From the NCBI GenBank assembly GCA_964636755.1, contig CAZWSU010000048.1:1-62533 (forward strand): a DNA stretch of 62,533 nt. The letters are read 5' to 3'. Below, in pieces: positions 9,923 through 17,802 of this stretch; positions within the stretch are counted from its first letter, which is position 1, and the number at the start of each line of letters is the position of its first letter. This stretch comes from an uncultured Desulfurococcaceae archaeon. Lineage in GTDB: Archaea > Thermoproteota > Thermoprotei_A > Sulfolobales > NBVN01. The position numbers were made by a program, and so were the translations under genes. The notes under the pieces were generated by a model. That model was not told where the DNA came from. It worked only from the letters and a program-made list of their open reading frames with translations, and made no database searches.

Positions 9923-11245
9923 TTAAGGTCTCGGGAAAACTGGGGTTACGCCCTCCTCAGCTTCAGGCCATACTACCTTAGGCTGACCTCCAATGACTTG
10001 AAGGATCGCAGTACCTCCGTAAAGGTTCTCACCGTTAGATGCTAGCTTTACTCTACCAGTTGGGTATAATTGAGCCGCTATACTGTTAGAGTCGTTTAGA
10101 TCTAGTGAGAGGAAGGCAGCTCTCAAATTATCTGGGTTTAGTGGGTCTTCAGGAAACATTTGCCCTGCTTTCTCCAGTCCCTCGTAAACGAACATTAGTG
10201 AGTAGAATATTATGCCTGCTGCTTCAGTAGGTAGCTTGCCATACCTTTGCTGGAATGCTTGAACGATACGTTTATTCCACTCAGTCTGGCGGGCCGGGTT
10301 GTAGCTGTACGTGTTAGTGAAGTATTCTACGGCTTCACCAGCTTCTCTTATGGAGTCTGGATCCGTATAACCACACCCACCAGCACCAGCTATGAACTTG
10401 ACCTTAATTCCTGAAGCTTGTAAGGCTTTAGCGAAGAGTATCCCGTCACTGAAGTAAGGAACACTAAATATCACGTCCGGGTTTAAGTCTCTAATCTTAG
10501 ATATTATCGGACCGAAATCTGTTATGGTGTACGCGTAGGTTATGGTCTCGTTAGGTATCACGCCATTAGCTATTAATTGCGATCTCACACCGTTAGCTAC
10601 GGTGGTACCGAATATAGAGTCTTCGTGAAGCACTACCACGGTACGTATCGTCACGTTAGTTTTCTGAGCCATCTCTAGGACGAAGTCTACGGCGGCCTTA
10701 CCGTGTGTGCTTGCTCTAGGAGCTAACCTAAAAACGTAGTTCCAGCCTTTCTCGGTTAGCCAGTCTACTAAGGCGTCCATAACTAAAGGTATCTTCTCCC
10801 TCTCAGTTACCTCAGCTACTGCAGCCGTAAGCCTACTTATGTAAGCTCCTAATATTACGTGAGGTCTGTAATTAGAGATGAGTCTCTCAGCAGCTAAAGC
10901 TGCTGAGTCAGGGCTTGTTCCCGCATCCTCAACGTATAACTCCAGCTTAGCACCACCTAACGAGCTAATACCGCCTAACTCGTTATTTATTATATCAACT
11001 AAGAGTCTGGCGGCGTCAACCGCTTCCTGACCAAAGACAGCGTAACGTCCTGTTAAAGGCTCTATAATACCTATCTTAACTTTCTCTATAACAGGCTTAG
11101 TAGTCGTGGGTGTTGTAGTTGTTGGTGTTGGTTGGCTAGTCAAGTAGATTATGACACCAGCTACAACCGCGATAATTATTACAAGACCTATTACAAGACT
11201 CATAGTTTTAGAAATAGCTCTTTTAAATGAACATTTTGACATCAT
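9923..11245 (-). CDS. Liv-type ABC transporter substrate-binding protein, TM-anchored with Thr/Pro linker
   Basis: An N-terminal TM helix is followed by a QPTPTTTTPTTTKP linker and a PBP1 fold. It is the first gene of the operon. Confidence 0.8.
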   Translation of the reverse strand: MMSKCSFKRAISKTMSLVIGLVIIIAVVAGVIIYLTSQPTPTTTTPTTTKPVIEKVKIGIIEPLTGRYAVFGQEAVDAARLLVDIINNELGGISSLGGAKLELYVEDAGTSPDSAALAAERLISNYRPHVILGAYISRLTAAVAEVTEREKIPLVMDALVDWLTEKGWNYVFRLAPRASTHGKAAVDFVLEMAQKTNVTIRTVVVLHEDSIFGTTVANGVRSQLIANGVIPNETITYAYTITDFGPIISKIRDLNPDVIFSVPYFSDGILFAKALQASGIKVKFIAGAGGCGYTDPDSIREAGEAVEYFTNTYSYNPARQTEWNKRIVQAFQQRYGKLPTEAAGIIFYSLMFVYEGLEKAGQMFPEDPLNPDNLRAAFLSLDLNDSNSIAAQLYPTGRVKLASNGENLYGGTAILQVIGGQPKVVWPEAEEGVTPVFPRP

Positions 11246-11448
11246 AGTACACCTTACAATTAAATTCTAACGCAAAGGTTTTTAAGCTTTTCCAATGCCT
11301 CGAAGTAGATGTAGCTTGTTCTCTCAATTAAGATGCTTTAATCGAACTCCCCATCTTTATTTGTTTTAGTGTTTCCGACGCTATGACTGTAAACACTTAT
11401 AAACGTGGTGCTAGGTTATGACTTTCGTTGGTGTGGTGGGAGATAAGC

Positions 11449-12273
11449 ATGCGTAGTGTGGGGGTCTTAGGTGCTGGCAGAATAGGTTCAGCTATTATTA
11501 GAGCTCTTAAGTCGTGCATACCTAACTTAGAGATTTACGCGAGTGGTAGGAGTGAAGAGACTTTAAGTAGAGCTTTAAGGTTTGGTGCTAAAGTGAGTAA
11601 GGATAACGCCTACGTAGTACGTAATTCTGATTTAGTAATCGTGAGTGTTAAGCCTCATCATTTCCTAGACGTCTATAATCAAATCCCGCTTGATTTCTGG
11701 TTAGGTAAGTTAGTGGTTTCCGTGATGGCTGGTGTTAGGTTAGAGACTTTAAGTAGGGTTCTGCATGGAGCTAAGGTCTTCAGAGCTATGCCGAATATTA
11801 ACACGCTAGTAGGTAAGTCAGCTACCGCTATAGCAACCAATAATAACGACTCAGAGGATCGCTCTCTCGTAGAGAGGGTTTTTCAGTGTTTTGGTAGCGT
11901 GTACTGGGTTCCTGAAGAATACCTAGATATTTGGACGAGTCTAGTCGGTAGTGGGCCTGCGTTCATGGCTGAAATAATAGATGGGCTGGTTCTGGGAGCT
12001 GTCTCGTCAGGGATGACCAGAGACATAGCTTACAAAGCAACGCTAGACATGATTGAAGGGACCGTGAAATTATTGAGGGAACTAGGTACGCACCCCATAG
12101 AAATCAGGGATGAGGTAACGACACCCTCAGGAACTACGATCCAGGGACTGAAGATCTTAGAGAGCAAGGGAATAAAAGCAGGCTTAATAGAAGTAGTGGA
12201 GACTTCGTTTAGAAGATCTAGGGAGATAGGGGTAGAGATAGATAATTCCATAAGAGCAAAACTAAATCGTTAA
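11449..12273 (+). CDS. proC: Pyrroline-5-carboxylate reductase
   Basis: Rossmann motif GVLGAGRIGSAI and C-terminal VTTPSGTTIQGL, the P5CR signature region. ATG 11449 is preceded by GGTGGGAG. The ORF track starts at TTG 11428. Confidence 0.85.
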   Translation: MRSVGVLGAGRIGSAIIRALKSCIPNLEIYASGRSEETLSRALRFGAKVSKDNAYVVRNSDLVIVSVKPHHFLDVYNQIPLDFWLGKLVVSVMAGVRLETLSRVLHGAKVFRAMPNINTLVGKSATAIATNNNDSEDRSLVERVFQCFGSVYWVPEEYLDIWTSLVGSGPAFMAEIIDGLVLGAVSSGMTRDIAYKATLDMIEGTVKLLRELGTHPIEIRDEVTTPSGTTIQGLKILESKGIKAGLIEVVETSFRRSREIGVEIDNSIRAKLNR

Positions 12274-12350
12274 CTCACCTCCGCTCTAAAGAGTTATACA
12301 CTCATCAAGAGTCAAGCACGGGAGTGTCAGCTACCACCAAGAATTTAGCG

Positions 12351-13013
12351 TCATGTTATAATACTCTTACTAATACTTCTAGCAAGTATTTTCAGAGACC
12401 CAAACAATTCACTAACCGAGCCTAGCTCAGCCTTAGAAACTATTTCGACAGCGTTGTGATCCTTATAAGCTGATAATTTTAGTATGGGCTTAGTCCTTGA
12501 GTCTATTATCTTCCTAATTAAATCTAGGTCTCTGGGTTCCTCATAAAAAACCTCATAATCACCCTTACTAGTCTTCACTGTGATTCTATTTAATTTTTCT
12601 GCTTGTCTCTCAAGATCCTTCAATAAGACTTTGAGTAGTCTAGACTCGTTCTTCCTAACCGCGTGGAGATTTCTTAAGATGCTCCGCCCAGTGAGTTCTA
12701 GCATTATAGTTACGCGGTCCTCATGCTTTAAAGCTTTAGCTATCGGGTAGTAGAAGAGGGAGTGCTTTGGTGCGGTGGTTAAGAGAACGTAGACGTTCCT
12801 CCCATCCTCAAGCTTATACCTAGCTCTGTACCCGACTAGATATCCTAGGAGGACGTACTCCTTATCACTAGGTCTTAACTCCCTCTCAAGTTCGTTAGTG
12901 AATTCCTTAATAAACCTGAGCATCTTCCTCCTAGCTCTGAAGTACCAGACTACTGAAGCGGATGACGCAACTACTAATATGGTGAACGCTATTACCTCTA
13001 TAGCCAAGGTCAC
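12351..13013 (-). CDS. Hypothetical N-terminally membrane-anchored protein (third gene of the ArsA-like module)
   Basis: 220 aa with a single N-terminal TM helix (LAIEVIAFTILVVASSASVVWYF) and then a charged soluble domain. Its GTG start overlaps the stop of the ArsA-like C-terminal fragment (GTGA). Confidence 0.6.
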   Translation of the reverse strand: MTLAIEVIAFTILVVASSASVVWYFRARRKMLRFIKEFTNELERELRPSDKEYVLLGYLVGYRARYKLEDGRNVYVLLTTAPKHSLFYYPIAKALKHEDRVTIMLELTGRSILRNLHAVRKNESRLLKVLLKDLERQAEKLNRITVKTSKGDYEVFYEEPRDLDLIRKIIDSRTKPILKLSAYKDHNAVEIVSKAELGSVSELFGSLKILARSISKSIIT

Positions 13014-13420
13014 GCACCTTTAATTATTGATACTACTTCCCTCAGCCTCAGAATATCCTCTATTCTCGACGGGGGATTACTTACGTAAGGTATTATAATG
13101 GATCTACCAGGCAAGCTCAGGAATTCCTCAATAATAGCTTTCTGTTCTTCGTAAGTTCCTAGCTTAACCGCGATATCTTCTGGGAGAACTTTATTCATCA
13201 CCAACAACTTAGGGGAAGTTAAGAGCTCCCCACTCAGGAATTTAAGGACTTCCTTCAACTCGTGCATGGGGAGGGGCTCAGGATTCGTTACGACTATGAA
13301 GGAGGTTCTTGATGGATTTACTAAGGCTTCCTTAACTCTGCTGTATTTTTCTCGCATCTCATATAATTTGATTAGAGCTGGGTCACTAATCTTGAGTTCC
13401 CTACCTAAAGTCTTAGCTAT
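13010..13420 (-). pseudogene. ArsA/Get3-family ATPase, C-terminal half only (separated from its N-terminal half by an inversion)
   Basis: Family similarity starts at ...IIAKTLGRELK and continues with RTSFIVVTNPEPLPMHELKEVLKFL and LLVMNKVLP. The upstream 66 codons of track ORF 13010..13618 are just antisense of cstA sequence. Confidence 0.8.
13414..13420. repeat. Left inversion junction core TAGCTAT
   Basis: This is the exact reverse complement of ATAGCTA at 15983-15989. Homology to CstA and to ArsA switches strand at this heptamer. Confidence 0.75.
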
Positions 13421-13421
13421 A

Positions 13422-14927
13422 ATGGCCAGCGTGAGGCACGGCGGGGTATCCATAATGAGTATAAGTGAGAATGTGATGGGCAGGAAAGCTAAGTACATAT
13501 TCCTTGCATACGTTTGGTTTGCTTTAGTGCTGGTTTTAGCAGCGTTCCTCAGCGTGGCTTCCTCAACTTTTGTGGGTACCCCTACCGCGGCAACCATATC
13601 CGTTCTATTCATGCCCATAGCCCTATTCTTCGGGTTGCTGGTTTACAGAACCGGGGTAAATGTTAGGACGGGAACAGTAATAGCGATAGCACTACTAATA
13701 TTAGCGTTCTTCTACTCCTTAAGAGTTCCCCTCTATCTGACATATGAGGCTTGGGTAGTGATTCTCTCACTCTACGCTATAATAGCGGCGGCTCTGCCTG
13801 TCTGGTACCTCCTGCAACCCAGAGACTACATAAACGCGTACCTGCTATGGGCATTCGTAGCCCTAGCTATTATAGGTGCGTTCCTAACATTTAATTACGG
13901 TCTCACAGGCCCAACATACGTGAGCTTCGTGGGTCCAGGTACCATAATAGGAGCGTTGCCAGGTACCGCGACAGGTGGGGCACCCATAGCTTACTTCTGG
14001 CCAACGGTTCCATTAGTCATCGCGTGCGGTGCTCTCTCCGGTTTCCACTCAGTAGTTGGTTCTGGAACCACTTCTAAGCAATTGTCTAGCGAGCTAGATG
14101 CTTTGTTGGTTGGTTATGGAGGCATGTTAACTGAGGGAGCCGTTTCCTCGCTCGCTGTGATCGTACCTATAGCACTTGCCTGGAACTTTGCGGCGTTAGC
14201 TTCCGCTACAGGTCTTCCAGTATCTGAGGCACTTCTAAAGGTGGGCGTAAACGCCACGGCAACCCCGTTCATCGTAGGACTTGGAGCAGTAGATAGGTTT
14301 ACTGTTGGTTACGGTTTGGAGCAGGCAGTAGCTTGGTCGAGAGTTTTAGGTCCCGGAGTATTTGAGAGCACGTTCATAACCTTCAAGACATTCGCTGCTT
14401 GGGCTCTCACAGGATTCGTGTTAACTACTCTAGACACCTCTAATAGACTAGCCAGATTTGCTTGGAGAGAACTTTTTGACTGGCTTAAGCCTAAGAGCGA
14501 GTCAGCTTATAAAGTGATAACGAATAGGTGGGTTGCTTCAGTAATTCCGGTAATTCTGGGTGCTCTCATGGCTTATCCTCAGATCTACATACCAGAGATT
14601 AAGAAACCAGTCTACGCGTACTCAGTTATTTGGCCAGCATTCGCGGGTACTAACCAGTTACTAGCTGCTTTAGCTTTGCTCACAGCAGCTTTATGGGCTT
14701 ACGCGATACAGAAAGTTAGGGGAGGTACTTCATTGCTGATAATGATTCCAGCACTCTTCCTGTGGGTAACTGTTACTGTAGCCCTCATATGGTGGCTCTA
14801 TGCAGTAGTCCCCGGATTACCGCTACTCTATCAGGTCGGTGCAGGAACTATAGTAGCTATATCGATAGTGCTTGACTTCCTACTAATAGGACTCTTCATC
14901 TCAGGACTCAAGAGAGCTAGATTATAG
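13422..14927 (+). pseudogene. cstA: Carbon starvation protein CstA, C-terminal ~500 codons only (N-terminus lies on the opposite strand at 15982..16317)
   Basis: MASVRHGGVSIMS..., LPVWYLLQPRDY, ACGALSGFHSVVGSGTTSKQ and GYGGMLTEG match the E. coli CstA core from about residue 120 onward. The first 52 codons of track ORF 13266..14927 are antisense of the arsA fragment. Confidence 0.85.
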
Positions 14928-15143
14928 AGATCAAGATCAATATTTTTAGTAATTTTTAAAAAATCTATAATAAACGCATCGTATTGAAGGTGGGGACAGG
15001 CTCAGAAGGCACTCTAAGTTTCCTAGACTCTCAAAACTCAAAGCATTTACTCAAGGTTTCCTTTGACTATTTCCGCATCTCCATGATTTATTTCTCAATT
15101 TATTAGGTGAGTCGCTTAAGTAGGTTTATGGGGTGGTGGGAGG

Positions 15144-15437
15144 GTGTTTAAGACTTTTAAGAAGATTTTGAAGGAATTCATGGACTTCATTAAGGGAATT
15201 AATCAAGCGATAATTGAGGATAGTGTTAGTGCTCTCGAGCTGGAGCACAACGAACTTGAAGCAGCTTTCTTAACTATGGTTCTAGGCCCCCTAGTAGGGG
15301 TTACCACGCTATCCCCTATCCTCAGTCTGGAATTACTTGAAGCACTTAAGAATGAGATCAAGATTCTTGAGAGCAGAGCTGTGAGAGGGGAAGACGTGTT
15401 AGGAGACTTAATGGCTTCCTTAGGTGGTGAGTGGTGA
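15144..15437 (+). CDS. Hypothetical small helical protein (first gene of the ArsA-like module)
   Basis: 97 aa, predicted alpha-helical, with a GGTGGTGGGAGG purine-rich tract 5' of its GTG start. Its stop overlaps the GTG start of the ArsA-like N-terminal fragment. Confidence 0.55.
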   Translation: MFKTFKKILKEFMDFIKGINQAIIEDSVSALELEHNELEAAFLTMVLGPLVGVTTLSPILSLELLEALKNEIKILESRAVRGEDVLGDLMASLGGEW

Positions 15438-15994
15438 TTAATTTAATTGACTTACTGAAACCTATTGAGGGAACTCCTCATGTAGTCATGGTTTTGGGTA
15501 AGGGGGGTGTGGGGAAGACCTCAACATCCATACTGATATCCAGTGAGTTAAGTAGGTTAGGTAAGACACTCCTAGTAAGTTTTGATCCAGCCAAGCATAT
15601 ACTCAAATACCTAAACGTAAGTAGGCCAGCAGAAATACTTGAAGTAGGCGATGATTTCTTCGTAAGCCAATTAGATATTGAGGTTTCTGTTAAGGAGTTA
15701 ACGTCTAGATACTCAAGCTTGATCAGCGATTTATTTCCGTCACTCTCAGTTCTTAATTTAGAGGACATTACTAAAGCTCTTAAGTATGCTCCGGGGGTTG
15801 AAGAGGAGGTATTCCTTAACTGGCTAGGCAGTGCTTACGAGAATAAGAACTTTAAATTCGTAGTTATAGACACTCCGCCCACAGGCATCTCCTTAAGGAC
15901 CTTGACGTTGCCGAAACTCTACCTCCTATGGCTTGAGAAATTAATTAACATAAGAGAAAGGATTGTGTCACTCAGGTATGTGATAGCTAGGTAG
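15431..15994 (+). pseudogene. ArsA/Get3-family ATPase, N-terminal half only
   Basis: Deviant Walker A GKGGVGKTS and a DTPPTG switch motif. The frame terminates two codons after ...SLRYVIA, exactly at the inversion junction. Confidence 0.8.
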
Positions 15995-16317
15995 TCGTGG
16001 ACAGCACCTATGAACACGTTACCGAAGAGAACCCATATGAGGGGTAAGCCCCATCCCCACGCCATCGCTGTTGCAGGACCTATTATGGGACCCGCCCCAG
16101 CTATTGATGCGAAATGATGTCCGTAAAGCACGTACTTGTTAGCTGGAACGTAATCAATCCCGTCAAATTTCTCGTAAGCGGGAGTCACCCTATCCGGGCT
16201 TGCTCCCGCAACCTTTCTCTCAAGTATCCTCTTCCCGTAGAAGATGTAAGCTAAACCATACACGACGAGAACTATTACCAAAATGAATATTACCGGCATG
16301 ACATCCATGACAAACAC
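15982..16317 (-). pseudogene. cstA: Carbon starvation protein CstA, N-terminal 112 codons only
   Basis: DYVPANKYVLYGHHFASIAGAGPIIGP and GNVFIGAVHDYLAI match the CstA N-terminus. Residues after ...LAI (down to the stop at 15919) are antisense of arsA. The GTG start lies 2 nt after the upstream gene stop. Confidence 0.85.
15983..15989. repeat. Right inversion junction core ATAGCTA
   Basis: Reverse complement of TAGCTAT at 13414-13420. Both interrupted reading frames lose family similarity here. Confidence 0.75.
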
Positions 16318-16319
16318 CC

Positions 16320-16565
16320 CTAACTCAGCTTCCTCCCTGTCTTAGCCTCAACTAATTTCTTAATGTTTGTAGGCACTTCACCGAGCCACAGCGCGGGGCC
16401 TAAAATGATTAACAGGAAGCCCATGGAAATTAGCATGGCATCAGTGGTTACGACACCCTTATCTCCCATCCTCCCAGTCGTTAAACCGACATAGAGAATC
16501 TCGTAAGCGAATATCAAGAGGCTCAGGACTGTTATTATTAGACCCAAAGCCTCTTTAGCCTTCAC
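16320..16565 (-). CDS. Small 2-TM membrane protein immediately upstream of cstA
   Basis: 81 aa with two hydrophobic helices. The GTG start has GAGGTG 9 nt upstream (plus-strand CACCTC 16575-16580). Its stop is 2 nt from the cstA start. Confidence 0.5.
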   Translation of the reverse strand: MKAKEALGLIITVLSLLIFAYEILYVGLTTGRMGDKGVVTTDAMLISMGFLLIILGPALWLGEVPTNIKKLVEAKTGRKLS

Positions 16566-16601
16566 TTAAAGAGACACCTCACATATTATATATTATGAAA
16601 C

Positions 16602-16609
16602 ATTTAAAA
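16602..16609 (-). promoter_or_regulatory. Candidate TATA box (TTTTAAAT on the minus strand) for the 16565->12351 gene string
   Basis: AT-rich box about 40 nt upstream of the GTG at 16565, in a 256-nt AT-rich intergenic region. Confidence 0.3.
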
Positions 16610-16821
16610 GCTTTACCATTGTTTGCTAACATATATTTTTAGGAGACCCCTGAGGTATAATAATTTCTGATTTGAAAGCAATAAATGTGAGTTCTAGTTT
16701 TATCACAGCGGAGAGGCGATGATCTTAACCTTGAGAGGAAAATTATTTCACGATATGTTTATGGCGATGTAGTAGCGTGTATTTGGAAAGATAAAAAGCT
16801 TAGTTGTTTGACTTTCAATAA

Positions 16822-17091
16822 TTAACGTATTAGACCCATATTAATTAAGACTCTCTTAGTCAAGCCGACGAGCCACTTACTTTCATGGGTAGACTTTCCT
16901 GTAATCATCAACTCACTAACGATCTTCCTCTGTTCCTCGTCAAGCATCATCAGACCTAGCATAAAAGCTTTCTCTTCTGTCGTTAGCGGAGCTCCTAATT
17001 CTCCTGGTAGTTTAATTAAGGCCTTCCCTAAATCGCTTAAGTCCCAAACATCATCCTCTATTCTCGTCACTAACGGATTCCACGTAAGCAA
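16822..17091 (-). CDS. Winged-helix-like DNA-binding protein, possibly start-defective or frameshifted (frame open up to 17274)
   Basis: The track ORF starts at TTG 17091. The same frame stays open for 61 more codons (..LLDVRCRDIARILVEGPKTRKEIGAKLREKYPKL..., wHTH-like) with no ATG/GTG/TTG. The only nearby ATG (17273-17271) is one nucleotide out of frame. Confidence 0.45.
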   Translation of the reverse strand: MLTWNPLVTRIEDDVWDLSDLGKALIKLPGELGAPLTTEEKAFMLGLMMLDEEQRKIVSELMITGKSTHESKWLVGLTKRVLINMGLIR

Positions 17092-17351
17092 TACGTACCT
17101 GACCCAAGCACCGCGCGCTCTAAGTTTAGGATATTTCTCACGTAACTTAGCACCTATCTCTTTCCGTGTTTTAGGACCTTCTACAAGTATTCTAGCTATA
17201 TCCCTACACCTAACATCTAGTAGAGGCGTAAGGATCCCCGTAGCATTCTCTACTACAGAGTTATTAAACCCATCTCAACACGTTATTAACTCACAGAAAT
17301 TTATTAATCCCTTCACAAGGTATTCATGTATGAATCCTTGAAATCTGTGAG

Positions 17352-17735
17352 GTGTGTTTAGTGAGCGTGCCTGCATTCATTCTAAGGAGACTTTACGTTA
17401 AAGGAAGTCTCAGGAACGTTGAGAACGGTTTTGAGTTCTCACTAAGGAACGTTCTTGCAGACGCTGAGCTAATTAAGCCGCTGGAAATATACGTTGACGA
17501 CACACAAATACCCTTAGAAAATGTTACGTTAATTGCTGGAACAACTAGCATCTCAAACAAAGACATAGCAGAATCGAATCCCGTTAAATTCTCGCTAAAC
17601 ATGACGGCGACTATAAGAGTAGACGGAGCGAGGCTTGAGCCAGGGGAACATAAAATAACTCTCGTTGTTACGGTTAAGGGCTACGGCACGATAAAATTCG
17701 ACATAAGAGACGCCCTAAGTTCTCCCACGTCTTAG
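17352..17735 (+). CDS. Hypothetical small protein heading the glycoside-utilisation operon
   Basis: 127 aa with a beta-rich look (ITLVVTVKGYGTIKFDI). There are several GTG start options (17352, 17361, 17367). It is on the same strand as the GH1 gene, 68 nt upstream of it. Confidence 0.45.
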   Translation: MCLVSVPAFILRRLYVKGSLRNVENGFEFSLRNVLADAELIKPLEIYVDDTQIPLENVTLIAGTTSISNKDIAESNPVKFSLNMTATIRVDGARLEPGEHKITLVVTVKGYGTIKFDIRDALSSPTS

Positions 17736-17802
17736 AATATGTTTTCACTAAATAGCATCTTGTTTTTTCTTGTAAAGTTTTTATCTTTTTGATTGATATA
17801 TA

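Noticed and set aside
13266-13421. The first 52 codons of track ORF 13266..14927 (MGRGSGFVTTMKEVLDG...), which make the cstA 3' fragment look like an intact 553-aa protein.
   Set aside because: This stretch is the antisense of the ArsA C-terminal coding sequence and has no CstA similarity. CstA similarity begins only at the junction (13413/13422). It is a chance-open frame created by the inversion.
13421-13618. The N-terminal ~66 codons of track ORF 13010..13618, including a 'DTPP' that mimics the ArsA DTAPTG switch motif.
   Set aside because: It is the antisense of the conserved CstA segment RHGGVS (GGC GGG GTA TCC read backwards gives D-T-P-P). The true DTPPTG motif is in the N-terminal fragment at 15431..15994.
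15919-15981. The C-terminal tail (TYLSDTILSLMLINFSSHRR) of track ORF 15919..16317.
   Set aside because: It is the antisense of the arsA N-terminal fragment, beyond the inversion junction, and is not CstA sequence.
17193-17199. A third copy of the junction heptamer TAGCTAT, suggesting a recombination hot-spot motif.
   Set aside because: A 7-mer is expected about 7-8 times by chance in 62.5 kb on both strands. There is no associated rearrangement here.
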